64,000 nt of DNA from Octopus sinensis (GCF_006345805.1 NW_021832715.1:38897-102896), one strand, 5' to 3'. Counted from the stretch's first letter, positions 1 through 13,020 are shown. Numbers and translations: made by a program. The notes: generated by a model not told the origin, from the sequence alone.

Positions 1-293
1 TAATTCATTTATATTCTAAAAAATTTTATCACTACTTTTTAATTTTTAGAATCTGTAAAATATATATCGCATGCATGTTCTAATAATTCATTCTGATTCC
101 AATCTACTCCAGACCCGACAAACTTCCTGTTTTGAAGTGATTTAAATGGAAACCTTCCAACAAATTTCATGTTATGTTCCAAACATCAACATAATGATGA
201 ATTATTTTACTAAATTCTTCATTCTTTTCAAAATTAGTTGAAACAACAAACATAGTAATAAAAGAATTAACATCTGTTCTAATTAAGTAAAGC

Positions 294-521
294 TTAACCC
301 TTTAGTATTCAGATTTCTTTGTCAAATGTATTAACTAATTAATTCACATCGTTTTGAACTAATCAGGCATTATTTTGTAGCTTCAAGATTTCAAAGTGTG
401 TTTTTATATTTTTAGAATGGTATTGTAAGGCAGGTGTGAAAAGTTAGATCAGGTCAATTTTAATTAAGAACAGGGAGACTATTTGGGCCGGATATGGTTA
501 GATTAAATGCTAAAGGGTTAA
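294..521. mobile_element. piggyBac-type MITE (family F), TTAA-flanked
   Basis: ttaa-CCCTTTAG at 294 and CTAAAGGG-ttaa at 521 form terminal inverted repeats with TTAA flanks. Similar internal sequence at 18347, 40758 and 61478. Confidence 0.8.
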
Positions 522-1313
522 AGAATCTTTTAACTCAACCAATAAAAAAGAAACTTATGAATCCGTATACTAAACGATGTAACTTACTACCCCTTCACTT
601 TGTCTATACATACTGAACCGGGCAAAAGATTTTCTTTTTATCATATTTACATTTGTCATCCAAATGGATTCTAGTCATATGAATGATATTGAAGCTATTT
701 GCAGCTGAAATAGTATAAGCTTTCTAGTAAGCGTTGGTCACACAAATTTTATGCATTCATTTAGACAATTTCTACTTCCATTCTCACACTCTAAGGACTC
801 TTATATTAAAACAAAAGTGAATGCATTTTCCTCATACATCTCTGCACACAAACTTTGCTTACACCTCATGTTCTTTCTTTTACTTATAAAGCTATTATAA
901 TGTATATTGACTCCTCTATCTATTGACTTTGACCTACATTATGAATGGGATTTTTAGGAATAATTCTGTAGTCCGTGAGATCTAGTTTATGCTTCAATGT
1001 GGGCTGCGAAGACAAATGAGTTGGACATCACTGAAATAGAGGCTCAGCTGTTGAATACACTAACCTTTCTATTATCGTACTTAGTGCCTCTACATTAAAC
1101 AGTCATGTTATTCTCTTTTCATAGTACAATGCATTCCTAAATACTCATTGTAGTCTCTGCTCACTTTTAACACTTTTACATTGAGTCTAAGATTAATTTA
1201 TAATCTAATATGCTGCCTAAATTTCAATTTTCTTTAATCAAAAATTTAAAAGGGTTAATAAAGTAAGAACCCCCCCCCCAAAAAAAAAACTGACTTTTTA
1301 TTATTAAGATATC

Positions 1314-1568
1314 TCTCTTTTACTCTCTTTTACCTGTTTCAGTCATTTGACTGCGGCCATACTGGAGCACCGCCTTTAATTGAGCAACTCGACCCCGGGT
1401 ACTTATTCTATCAGTCTCTTTTGCCGAACCGCTAAGTGACAGGAACATAAACACACCAGCATCGGTTGTCAAGCGATGTTGGGGGGTCAAACACAGACAT
1501 ACAAACATACATGCACATACACACACACACACATATATATATCTATATATATATACAACGGGCTTCTT
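1314..1568 (-). mobile_element. Family A SINE, 3' half only (5'-truncated)
   Basis: Matches the 3' half of the full copies at 10342 and 40808 and stops just past the internal microsatellite. Confidence 0.85.
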
Positions 1569-1979
1569 ATGTGGAACACAATCAAAATGTCTTACATAAA
1601 AATGCGTTTAATTTAAATATGAACATCTTAAAATGAGATTTTATGTAATAGAATCAGATACTACCCCAGGAGGGAGTTGACATTATCATGAAACATTCAT
1701 TTTTATATTGCATAGGTTGGATGGTTTGGCAGGAGCTGTCCAGGCTCAAATTGTCTGTTTTGATATGATTTTTATGGCTGGATGCCTTTCCTAATACCAA
1801 CCATTTTACAGAGTGTACTGGGTGCCTTTTTATGTGACACTGTCACAGGTGCTTTTTACATGGCAGAGGCACAGGTACTTTTTATGTGGCACTGGCACAA
1901 AAGGTTAAAACGTTCCTTACAGTATTTCTACTCCTGAAATTTTAAAATATAAAACAGACCTGCTTCTACATTTGATACC

Positions 1980-2208
1980 TATTTCTTTACTACCCACAAG
2001 GGGCTAAACACAGCGGGGACAAACAAGGACAGACAAAAGGATTAAGTCGATTACATCGACCTCAGTGCGTAACAGGTACTTATTTAATCGACCCTGAAAG
2101 GATGAAAGGCAAAGTCGACCTCGGCGGCATTTGAACTCAGAACATAATGCAGACGAAATACGGCTACGCATTTCGCCTGGTGTGCTAACATTTCTGCCAG
2201 CTCGCCGC
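1980..2208 (-). mobile_element. Family B SINE (tRNA-like head, Deu/Nin-like central domain) with 17-bp TSD
   Basis: Minus strand reads ggcggcgagctggcaga...gcctttcatcctttc..gtcgat..aagtac. Direct repeat cttctacatttgatacc at 1963-1979 and 2209-2225. Confidence 0.9.
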
Positions 2209-2569
2209 CTTCTACATTTGATACCATTATCAGTAAACAGTGCCAATAATAATTTTTTTTCTTTAGGACTTTCAATGATAATGAAGGGTCCTCGGTTGGT
2301 TTCTCACAATAAATAATTATGTGATCAATTGAACTACACCCTCATTACATTAATATGTGGATGAGTATTCCTGACATGTGTAACTTCCAGGCAGAAACAG
2401 TATTATGTAGATTAGAAAACTGGGTTGTTTAATTGCAGCTATTATCTATCCATTAGGCTTCCACACAGTTTCTGTTCATCCAATTCCACTCCCAAGCCTT
2501 GTTTGATTTGAGGCTCTGATAAATGAAGATTCCACTGTCAACCTTTCTCCATTCTGTATAGTTAGCTAC

Positions 2570-3221
2570 ATGTTCTCTTTCTCCCTCTCTTTCCCCTCCC
2601 TCTCTCTACTTTTCTTTCTCCCCTATCTCTCTCTTTCTCCCCCTCTCTCTGTCTTTCTCCCCCTCTCTCTGTCTTTCTCCCCCCTCTCTCTGTCTTTCTC
2701 CCTCATCTCTCTGTCTTTCTCCCCCATCTCTGTCTTTCTCCCTCATCTGTCTTTCTCCCCATCTCTCTCTCTTTCTCCCTCCATCTTTCTCTCTTTCTCC
2801 CTCCATCGTTCTCTCTTTCTCCCTCCATCTTTCTCTCTTTCTCCCTCCATCTTTCTCTCTTTCTCCCTCCATCTTTCTCTCTTTCTCCCTTGTTTCTCTC
2901 TCTCTTTCTCCCCTGTGTGTCTCTCTCTCTTTCTCCTCCATCTCTCTCTCTCTTTCTCCGCCATCTCTCTCTCTCTTTCTCCTCCATCTCTCTCTCTCTC
3001 TTTCTCCTCTATCTCTCTCTCTCCTTTCTCCTCTCTATCTCTCTCTCTCTCTTTCTCCTCCATCTCTCTCTCTCTCTTTCTCCTCCATCTCTCTCTCTCT
3101 CTTCTCCTCCATCTCTCTCTCTCTCTTTCTCCTCCATCTCTCTCTCCCTCTTTCCCTCTTTTTCTCTTTTCTCATTCACTCTCTCTCCTCTCTCTTCTCT
3201 CATTTTCTCTTTCTCTCTCTC
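2570..3221. repeat. Pyrimidine-rich (CT)-based minisatellite/microsatellite array
   Basis: Tandem ~20-bp units such as ctctttctccctccatcttt and ctctctttctcctccatctct. Confidence 0.95.
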
Positions 3222-3488
3222 TAAATTTTGTATATAGAATTTGTGTTACTTTGAGACATCAAAAACAAACTATCCTCTGAACTTCACACAACCATCCCAT
3301 CTGATCTAGTCTGCTCCCAAATGGCTCACATAGAATCAAACTTTCCCATTCATCATTAGATTCAATATGTGAGAAAAAATGGATAGCAGGAAGGGCTGGC
3401 ATGTTATTCTTTTGATAGTTTTTCATTGAACTGCAGCCTTGTTGGAACAGTTCCTTCAAAGGTTGTAGTTGGTCATATCATTCCCAGT

Positions 3489-3820
3489 GGAAATGCATAG
3501 CTCAGTGGTTAGATCGTCAGGCTCACAATCATGAGGTAATGAGTTCGAATCCCGAACCGGGCTGCATGTTGTGTTTGTGAACAAGACACTTTATTTCATG
3601 TTGCTCCAGTTCTCTCAGCCGTAGAAATGAATTGTGATGTCACTGTATCAGTCCTTGCCTTTCCCTTGGATAACATCAGTGGTGCGAAGAGGGGAATCTG
3701 GTATGCATGGATGACCACTGGTCTTCCATAAACAACCTTACCCATACTTGTACCTTGGGGGGAACTTTCTAGGTGCAATCTCATGGTCATTCATGACTGA
3801 GGCAGGTCTTTACCTTTACT
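3489..3820 (+). mobile_element. tRNA-derived SINE (separate family)
   Basis: A-box-like tagctcagtggttag and B-box-like gagttcgaatccc, followed by a non-tRNA body and a (ttta)-type tail. Confidence 0.7.
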
Positions 3821-4214
3821 TTTATGATCCTCAATATTATTTCAATTTGTCTTTGCTTTTTTTATCAATCTTCATTTGTTGAACCACTAGATTACATAGC
3901 ACTACATTGGTATTTAGACTGGTGTAGGCATAGGCACACATAATATGGCAAGCTTTTTCTCAGTTATCATCTGTCAAATTTCTCTTCTAAATCACTGGGT
4001 AGTCTGAGGCTGTGATGGAATGCCCTTGAACATAGTTGCCATGCAGTAGGATTGAACCTTGAGCTACATAATTATGAAGTAAACTTAACTGTGCCTATAG
4101 ATGCATAATCTTCTTAATCCTTTTTGCCCCTTGTGAAGCATAGGGCCTCAACAGTTGTTTTCCACTTTTTGCGGTCATTGGCTTATTTCTTGGCTGCTTT
4201 CCATTAGATGCATA

Positions 4215-4935
4215 ATATTATTATTAAAACTATAACATGTTATGTTCATTCGCAGGGTTGTTCTCTTTAGCTTTGATGGCAAGTCTCTTCAAAATTCATA
4301 AATCTCTCTTAGGGTTCTTGCTGAATACAAGTTGACACTTTCTTGCAGGTCAACAATATGAGTCTCAATTCCAATATTCTCTAGCCACCTATGTAGTAGT
4401 TTGGGTGTTGTGACAAGTGCATAAACCACCGCAAGAACAATTTTCACCGTTATATTTTTTTCACCTGGTCTTGATATATCTCAATGTTCTTAATTTCTTT
4501 TATTTCCACTCAACTAACATGTGGTGTGGCTGAATCTATGATCTTATTCTGTTTTTCTGTCCTCTACTGTCATACGTGGTATACTTGCTTCAATAAGGGC
4601 GGCGAGCTGGCAGAAACGCTAGCACGCCGGGTGAAATGCGTAGCCGTATTTCGTCTGCCGTTACATTCTGAGTTCAAATTCCACCGAGGTCGACTTTGCC
4701 TTTCATCCTTTCGGGGTCGATAAATTAAGTACCAGTTACACACTGGGGTCGATGTAATCGACTTAATCTGTTTGTCTGTCTTTGTTTGTCCTCTCTGTGT
4801 TTAGCCCTTTGTGGGTAGTAAAGAAATTGGTATACTTGCTTCAATATTATGGTCAGTCTCTTTAAAGAAATCCTGTAATTATCATTCACCATCATAGCCT
4901 CTGGCTTCTGTTCATACCATTTTTCTATTGCTGTA
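4215..4935 (-). pseudogene. Degenerate 3' fragment of an R4/Dong-like RLE non-LTR retrotransposon, interrupted by a SINE
   Basis: Hand translation across frameshifts gives KWYEQKPE...TDHNIEASIPD...IIDSATP...YQD...ALVTTPKLLHRWLENIGIE...DLQESVNLYSARTLREI, matching the known RLE C-terminal pattern. (TAA)n on both sides. Confidence 0.75.
4596..4827 (+). mobile_element. Family B SINE nested in the RLE fragment, 19-bp TSD
   Basis: tggtatacttgcttcaata at 4577-4595 and 4828-4846 flanks a complete element. Confidence 0.92.
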
Positions 4936-6035
4936 ATATTAATAGTATTATTATTATTATTATTATTAGAATATGTAGTAAATTGTCAGTTATTGCAGCT
5001 TTGGATGAAATGCCATGGGGTATTTCATCCAGTTCTTTACATTCTAAGTTCAAATTGTGCTGTGATCAACTTTAGTCTTCATCCCTCAGGGGTTGATAAA
5101 ATAAAGTGCAAGCCAAGTTTTGGAGTTAATTATATTTAACTATTTCCTTCCCTCCCAAAATGACTATTTGTATCTGTCTTTGGAATGATAATTGAACGAA
5201 CAAAGGAAAATAGAAACAGTAACTCTTTTACTTTTGTTTATAGAGTGGAAATGAAGACATGGAACGGTGCATTGATTAATACACGTGCACACAGCTCTGT
5301 TTTTCACTGCAGAACATAAGTTACACTTTGTTTGGCTTTCGTTATTTACCATTGCTGTAAAATATAAATGGTGGAACAGATATCGTCAATATGATTTTAA
5401 ATCAGATTAGCTTTATGGCGAGAGAGTAAAAAAGAAAAAAATTAAGAAAAAAACATATTGCAAGAAGGAGAGAGAGAGAGAGAGAAAGAAAGAGTATGTG
5501 GTGAGACAGACAGCCTTATAGCTTGTAAGAGAGAGAGAGGGAGGGAGAGATAGTGGGAGAGCACAAGGAAAGATTAACTATTTGTTTGGTCTGTTGATGT
5601 AAAAGTAAATAGAAACACTGTACTATGCAAGTAATGCTAGCTGTAAGTGCATAAAAGCTAGTACTTTACTTTCTTTGTAGTATCTTGGCAGGGCACCAAA
5701 CAGTTCAATAAAAATGCACTAGCAGAGTACACTATAATAAGTGTACTTATACTTGCTCTGCTGTTCAATGTTTAAGCAACATCAGTCACTTTGGTGAAGA
5801 TCTGTTGTTATTGTTTTACTTAGTTAAGACCTTATTTGATTCCAACATATAAAACCATATAGTCTTTGAATGTGTGTGTGTGCATGTTTTGTGTTTTTTT
5901 CTATATGTATGCACATATTTTCTGCTTTTGCATGTATGTGTGTGTGTGCTTTTATTTGCAATGTTAAAACAATCTGATCTAAGAAACATAATCTTAATTC
6001 AAGCTGATAGTGTAATTATTATTATTATTATTATG

Positions 6036-6572
6036 TGACAGAGCAGTGGATGCCATCAAAGTGACACTGGGGTAAAATATACGAAGCCCAGTATACCCAT
6101 CATGACTACCTATCTGATAAGGGTACACTAGACACATGCATCACAACCATATGTGCGTGACATAGTGACCTCATATCAAGATAAACAGCACATGACCTTG
6201 CAGATGGGGCCCAGTTAGAATTTTCTTCTGGCCGAGTAACCCATCCCGCTCAAAAGGTCCCTGAATAAGGATTAAGGATGTTGAATGAAACACCCATGTT
6301 TCCAGAGGTGAATTATTCAAGGCCCAAAGAATTCCTCTCAACACATGGCTATGATGCTCCCCCACTACTTCTGCTCGTGATCAGAGATGCACATATTGTC
6401 AGCCACTAAGGGACATGCTCAACTGGTTAAGGTCAAACAACTGACAAGCAAGAGCAGAATATTTGCTGTAGCCCATCTTTTATATCAAGACAAAACAATG
6501 TCCATGATAACGCTTCCAATCAGTTAAGATCAGAAGCCATGAGAGCCACTGCCTGGTACTGCATCAGGGCAT
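6036..6572. repeat. Unclassified interspersed repeat
   Basis: GC-richer block directly after (TTA)n, recalled as a recurrent octopus repeat. Only one copy in the window, so not verifiable here. Confidence 0.35.
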
Positions 6573-7559
6573 CAGGGCTCAGTCCCACTGTGTGCCATCT
6601 TGGACAGGTTCCTTCTACTATAGCCCTAGGCAAACTAAAGACTTGCAAGTGGATTTGATAGATGGACACTGAAAGAAGTTTGACACACATGTGTGTGTGT
6701 ATGTATATACCTTTACATGTGTGTGCTTGTGTTTCATTGTCTTAACGTCACATTGTAACTGTAAATGAGTGTCAAAATTGCATAATGTCCTTCATTTTCC
6801 AGTCTTCCCTGAAAACATGTCTGGCCATGAGGAAATATTAGCTTGTTTGGAAACAAGTGGGAAGGGTTAGTGATAGGGAGGACATCCAGCCATAGAAAAT
6901 CTGTTTCAAATTTCACCTGACCCATGCGAGCTTGTGAAAGTGGATATTATAATGGTGATGATGGTGACATAATGTAACCAGGAGTACATTACTCAAAGTT
7001 TGGGGTGGCACAGCTAAGCAGTGGTATGTATAAATACAAGGTTATATTAACAGTTGAAATATGCTTGGGGCATATTTGAACCCATAAGAAAGCCGTTCAC
7101 TGTGTTTTGTCATGGAGAAAATTTCTCTTACTGTAGACAAATGGTGTAAATACTCCCTAATCAGTTCATAACATCACCTATTCAAACTGTGGGATGCAAG
7201 CATTTCAAAGTGGTTATCTTCTCTTCATCCAAAAAAAAACCAAAAAAAAAACCAGACAGGATGTTCTATAAGCTGATAAGAGAGGTTGTCCATCTTATGA
7301 TATTCTCAAAGTGTCGTTTCATTTTTTTCAAAGATGATTATGTCAGTATAAGTAGTTTTGGCTACTATCTCTAGCCTGTCAAAGTACTGTTGTTGACTCA
7401 GTTTTTATGTAGTTCTTACAGTATTTATAACAACCATTAACTCTGCACATTAACATACGGTTAACTCATAGATTTAGTATTGTAATGTCTTTTCTACTGT
7501 GTAGCTATAGTAATTACATTGACAATTAGAATTATGAAAGGGCTGAAAATACAAGCCAT

Positions 7560-8128
7560 GAAACAAACTGAAAATGTGTATGTACATATGCATTTCTGTG
7601 CATGTGTGTGTATGTGTATATAAAGTATATATAAAGTATATACTTGATGCATAGATTTATATATGTATGCATGTATATACATGCGTGTATGTATGTGTGT
7701 GTGTTTACATACACATATCATCATCATCATCGAAAGCGGACGTTAAACGATGATGATGATGATATGTGTATGTATGTGTTTCTATATGTTTATATGTGTG
7801 TGTTTACATATATATGTGTGTTTCTATATATATGAAAATGTATGTACATATGCATTTCTGTGTATGTGTGTGTATGTATATATAAAGTATATACTTGATG
7901 CATAGATTTATATATGTATGAATGTACATATGTATATACATGCCTGTATGTGTTTACATATATGTGTATGGATGTGTTTCTATATGTTTATATGTGCATG
8001 TTTACATATATATGTGTGTACGTATATGTGTGTTTCTATATATATGTTTATATGTGCATGTGTGTGTGCTTTTATGTGTCTGCATATGTATAATATATGT
8101 ATGTATGTAGATAGATAGATAGATATAT
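7560..8128. repeat. Compound TA/TG microsatellite containing a ~90-bp tandem duplication
   Basis: aaaatg..tatgtacatatgcatttctgtg...cttgatgcatagatttatatatgtatg occurs near 7571 and near 7836. Confidence 0.85.
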
Positions 8129-8632
8129 ACTCTTGTTAGAACACAGAAAATTAACTTCAATAGCAATCTGATTAATTAATAGTTTATGTGGTTAGAACAC
8201 ACTAGAAAAGTGGTTAGCTAATTGAAAAGCAATCATAAAACAATTATTTATGCTGCTTTCTCGTGTTAACTTGCTTTACCTGAACTGTAATGAAAATTAA
8301 TGTTCTTTTATGAAAGAATATAATTGAAAATGAGCAGTTACTCTGTTTCATTGCCTGTGCCTACATACATACACGCATGCATGTTCATGTGTGCACAGCA
8401 CGAACACACGCACGCACACACACACACGCACGCATGCACACACACACACACATGTATATATGTGCACATATATGAAACAGAAATTCAAATGGCTAAACTT
8501 CAGCTGCTTTTAGCAAATCTCTTTATTATTTTTTTTTTTTTTAGCTAAAGCATCCTTCACATGTTGATATCTCTCCTCTGTGAGATGAAAATCTCCAAAC
8601 TGGAACAGATTGAGAAGCAGCAACAAGCCCGT

Positions 8633-9020
8633 GGAGGTGCAATGGCCCAGTGGTTAGGGCAGGAGACTCGCGGTTGGAGGATCGCGGTTTCGATTCCCAA
8701 ACTGGGCGTTGTGTGTGTTTATTGAGCAAAAACACCTAAAAGCTTCAGGAGGCTCCGGCAGGGGGGTGGGGTGGCGACCCCTGTTGTACTCTTTCGCTCC
8801 AACTTTCTCTCAATCTTTCTTCATGTTTCTTGTCCCCGACTTCCTACGCAACCGCTAAGCCTGGATGCGCATTCATCCATCCGTCGATGCTCTCGGTGTC
8901 GGGGGTTGACGTGCTCTCTCTTCTGCGGGTCTTACGAATAGCAAAGGAACACATTTTGGACTTCTCCCACTAACGGGATGAAGACCGCTTCGCTCAACAG
9001 CAGTAACAGCAGCAGCGACC
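8633..9020 (+). mobile_element. Family C SINE, tail variant 1 (probably OR1/OR2-type tRNA-derived SINE)
   Basis: Head ggaggtgcaatggcccagtggttagg...gtttcgattccc and body are shared with the 9327 copy; the 3' part differs and ends in (CAG)-like repeats. Confidence 0.75.
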
Positions 9021-9326
9021 CCTAAGCTGTTTATAATTATCCATTGTACATTCTAAGTTAGATACACTTTGCTTAAATATGCTTGATTCTGTTATGTTCT
9101 TGTGAGTCTTATAGTCATATGCTCATGTACACACACATACAGACACACACACACACATACAAACACACACACACACACTGTTCAATTTGGATTGGTAATA
9201 TTGTTTCTTGCTTGTGTGTATATCCATGCACTGTGGCTGTGATTATTTAACCCCAGATCAGCTCCTGTCATAAATCTGTGATCGAAGATATTTCAACCAT
9301 GACTGTCCACATTTATATATATATAT

Positions 9327-9634
9327 GGAGGCACAATGGCCCAGTGGTTAGGACAGCAGACTCGCGGTCTTAGGATCGCAGTTTCGATTCCCAGACCGGG
9401 CGTTATGAGTATTTATTGAGCGAAAACACCTAAAGCTCCACAAGGCTCCGGCAGAGGGTGGTGGCGATCCCTGCTGTACTCTTTCGCCACAACTTTCTCT
9501 CACTCTTTCTTCTGTTGGCCTGCTCGCTTAGCCAGCGGGGTGGCATCATTTGAAGGCTAAAACAATGCGAAGCGCTTTGTGACCAGCGATGTGTAGCAAC
9601 ATCTGATGGCCTGGTCGGTCACAGTGATCACGGT

Positions 9635-9637
<3 letters not shown>
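9327..9637 (+). mobile_element. Family C SINE, tail variant 2
   Basis: Same head, tail ending gtcacagtgatcacggtga, flanked by (TA)n. Homologous to 46656-46933. Confidence 0.85.
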
Positions 9638-9672
<35 letters not shown>

Positions 9673-9807
9673 ATCAGTAGTTAAGAAGTTTACTTTGCAA
9701 CTGCATGCCTTTAGGTTCAGTCCCACTATGCAGCATCTTAGTCTCAAGCCAACCAATTCCTTGAGAGTTAATTTAATAGATGGAACATGTGAAAACCTAT
9801 TGTTTCA

Positions 9808-10195
9808 TGGTTGTGTGGTAAGAAGCTTACTTCCCAACCACATGGTTCCAGGTTCAGTTCCACTGCATGGCATCTTAGTCAAGTGTCTGCTTCTTTAGCC
9901 TTGGGTTGACCAAAGCCTTGTAAATGGATTTGGTAAATGGAAACTGAAAGAAGCCTGTCATATATGTATGTGTGTGTGTGTGTGTGTGTCTTTGTGTCTG
10001 TATTTGTCCCCCAACACTGCTCAACAACTGGTGTCGGTGTGTTTACATCCCTGTAACTTAATGATTTGGCAAAAGAAATCAGTAGAATAAATACTAGACT
10101 TAGAAAAAAAAGGTACCGGGGTCGATTCATTTGACTAAAAGCTCTTCTAGACAAAGCCCCTGCATGGCTGTGGTCTAAATACTGAAACAAGAAAA
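9808..10195 (+). mobile_element. Family A SINE, diverged
   Basis: Head, CORE-like segment (cttagtcaagtgtc), internal microsatellite and actgaaacaag tail. Confidence 0.75.
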
Positions 10196-10341
10196 AGATT
10201 TTTAAAAAAATGTGTGTCTGTGTGTCTCTTTGTGTTTGTCTCCATCTCACACTACCTGACAGTTAATGTTGGTTTGTTTACTTCCTTTAACTTAGCATTT
10301 CAGTAAAAGAGACTAATAGAATAAGTTTAAAATATGTACCA

Positions 10342-10755
10342 TACTCTCTTTACTCTTTTGCATGTTTCAATCATTTGACTGCAGCCATGCTGGAGCACCA
10401 CCTTTTAGTCGAGCAAATCAACCTCAGGACTTATTCTTTGTAAGCCTAGTACTTATTCTATCAGTCTCTTTTGCTGAACCGCTAAGTTATGGGGACGTGA
10501 ACACACCAGCATCAGTTGTCAAGCGATGTTGGGGGGACAAACACACACACACACACATGTATATATGTAAATATATACACATACATATATATGACAGGCT
10601 TCTTTCAGTTTCCGTCTACCAAATCCACTCACAAGGCTTTGGTCGGACCGAGGCTATAGTAGAAGATACTTGCTCAAGGTGCCACGAAGTGGGACTGAAC
10701 CCGGAACCATGTGATTGGTAAGCAAGCTACTCACCACACAGCCACTCCTGCGCCT
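10342..10755 (-). mobile_element. Family A SINE, full length (~410 bp; tRNA-like head, CORE-like segment, internal microsatellite)
   Basis: Minus strand starts ggcgcaggagtggctgtgtgg and ends in a gagtaaa-type tail. About 20 full or partial copies in the window. Confidence 0.9.
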
Positions 10756-11245
10756 ATGATCAAATTATTTGACTAAATCCTTCAATACAGTGCACCAGCA
10801 TGGCCACAGTCCATTGACTGAAACAAGTAAAAGATAGATGATAAGAGGTATCTGGCTCTACCTCATCCAGTCCATCCTTAACCTTTAAAGTGGTCTTGTG
10901 AAATTTGAGGAAGAATTGGTTGCTATATCTAGCGAATCAAGCAACTACTTGGATGTCACCTTGTTGGTCCATATTTGTTTGTTGTGTGTCAGATATATTT
11001 GGGGCAGGGGTGTGTATATGTGCTTGTTGCCTGTATGTCTTTTAAATGTGCAAGCTACCTACACAAGCTATAATGTATCTTCCTATTTATTCTTAAATCT
11101 TTGCTTAAGACTGCTTCAATGTAGAAGAAACGAATGGGCTGTTTGATTCAGCGTCAAAATTTATTGGATATGGGAAGAAATTCCACATAATGTGCTTTCA
11201 TATAGCACATGTTATCTGCTAATGGTGCTAGTATGTGTGTGTGTT

Positions 11246-11302
<57 letters not shown>

Positions 11303-11959
11303 GCATACATGCATATGTTCATAGCAAGATTTGCATTTTGTGTGCATGTGTGTGATATTCAGAGCTTGTCGCATATTGCATGCATGTATGGCAGTCTTTG
11401 ACACATTCAGAACTAATAATACAAACAAACATGAACACAACTGTTTCTATGCATGTGTGTGTATGTGTTTGAGTTTGTCTCCTTCTCTGTGTTTGTGAGA
11501 CATACTCAATTCACGCACACGCGTGCACAGACATAAATCCAGTATGCGTGACTGTTGTGTTCGCATGTATGTGTGTGAGTCTGTAGCTAATATGAAACTG
11601 TTAGCTCTCTTTTAGCAGTATTAAAGAAGAGAATGTTGCATTTCCTTCCATGTGACATCTTTATTGCCTCATTTTAGAATTCCATCTCTTTGATGTTTCA
11701 GGTTCATTTCTTTCATTAGTTCTATCTGTTAGTCTTTTTTTTTTTTTTTGGTCATTTTCATTTCACACCACCAATCCATTGATAAAAAAGCTCTTTCCCA
11801 AAAAAAAAAAATGAAAAACTCAAGAAAAAAATCTTAGTCAAGTCTGTGACAACACTGTTTAATGTAGAGAACAAAAAATAAATTAATCAATGCTGACTCC
11901 CACTCTACCTTCCACTCTTGCAATAAGGCGAGGCAAAACATTAATTCAATGTTTAAATT

Positions 11960-12415
11960 TGTTTAAAGCAGTTAGGTGGGGGGGGGGAATAGACAATTTC
12001 GAAATCTCAATTAAAACTAGAATTATATAATCAGTAAGGAGAAGGGAAAAGAAGAAAAACACTAACTCACACACTCAATCTTTAAATCTGATCAAAGTAG
12101 GGAGGGGAGACAATTCTGAAATCTCAATTAAAATTAGAACTACACTGGTAGTAAGAATTTAAAAGAAAAAAAAAAGGAAACAAACATTAATTTGGTCTAT
12201 AAATCTGATCGAGCTTGAGCGCAGGGTAGGTTAGGATGTTATGATCTAAATTAAAATTAAAACCTTGCATAGAGTGAAGAGAGGTTAAACGTTAACCGGA
12301 TGTTTAAATCTGATCAAGACAAGGAGGGGAAACAATTCTGAAGTCTCATTTAAAATTAGATTGCTATGAGGGAAAGAAACTTAAACATTACTAGGATACC
12401 TTATTTAAATCTGAT
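11960..12415. repeat. Degenerate ~105-120-bp minisatellite, 4-5 units
   Basis: taaatctgat recurs near 12083, 12201, 12304 and 12406, and gacaattctgaaatctcaattaaaa-like blocks recur three times. Confidence 0.7.
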
Positions 12416-12644
12416 ATGTGGTTAACAAGATGATGTGTTGTACATTTTACCAAGTTTCTATTTTGCTATCAAGTATGTTAACATACACTTTACCATTATT
12501 TCCATGCAGAAGGCAACTCTGGGTCAATTGCACCATCAGTCAGGTTTATAAGGTCACTTTGAATTCATCCACAAAATTTCTCTTTACTTCTCTAGTCATT
12601 CTATGATCTTCAGTAACCAACAATGCATTATTATGGAGTTGCAA

Positions 12645-13019
12645 AGACCTGTTGAGGCAATTGAAATCGAAATCGATCAAAGATCAATGGAAATTGTAGT
12701 TGTGATACCAGTGCCGGTGGCACGTAAAAGAACCATCCGAACATGGCCGTTGCCAGCGCCACCTCGACTGGCCTCCGTGCTGGTGGCACATAAAAAGCAC
12801 CAACCGATCATGGCTATTGCCAGCCTCCCCAGGCCCCTGTGCCGGTGGCACATAAAAAGCACCCACTACACTTATGGAGTGGTTGGCGTTAGGAAGGGCA
12901 TCCAGCTATAGAAACACTGCCAGATCAGACTGGGCCTGGTGCAGCCTCCTGGCTTCTCAGACCCCAGTCGAACCCATGTTAGTATGGAAAGCGGACGTTA
13001 AACAATGATGATGATGATG
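12645..13019 (+). mobile_element. Family D retroposon (modular body, ggaagggcatccagc domain, (GAT)n tail)
   Basis: Tandem ggtggcacRtaaaa modules, then ggcgttaggaagggcatccagc, ending gcggacgttaaacaatgatgatgatg. Confidence 0.85.
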
Positions 13020-13020
13020 T

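Noticed and set aside
2570-3280. 236-aa ORF and the antisense E/R/K-rich ORFs
   Set aside because: Translations of a CT minisatellite.
3489-3565. tRNA genes at SINE heads (also 8633, 9327, 19612, 48700)
   Set aside because: A/B boxes are present but no complete cloverleaf could be drawn, and each continues into a repeat body.
5164-5354. Cys-rich 62-aa ORF behind a plausible acceptor
   Set aside because: Cys/His spacing fits no zinc-finger family I can name; no supporting neighbours.
8280-8284. 5-nt microexon or recursive AG/GT site on the minus strand
   Set aside because: Expected by chance; no frame or conservation evidence.
12440-12600. Possible Tc1/mariner remnant (GKVYVNILDSKIETW)
   Set aside because: No catalytic-triad context or terminal repeats.
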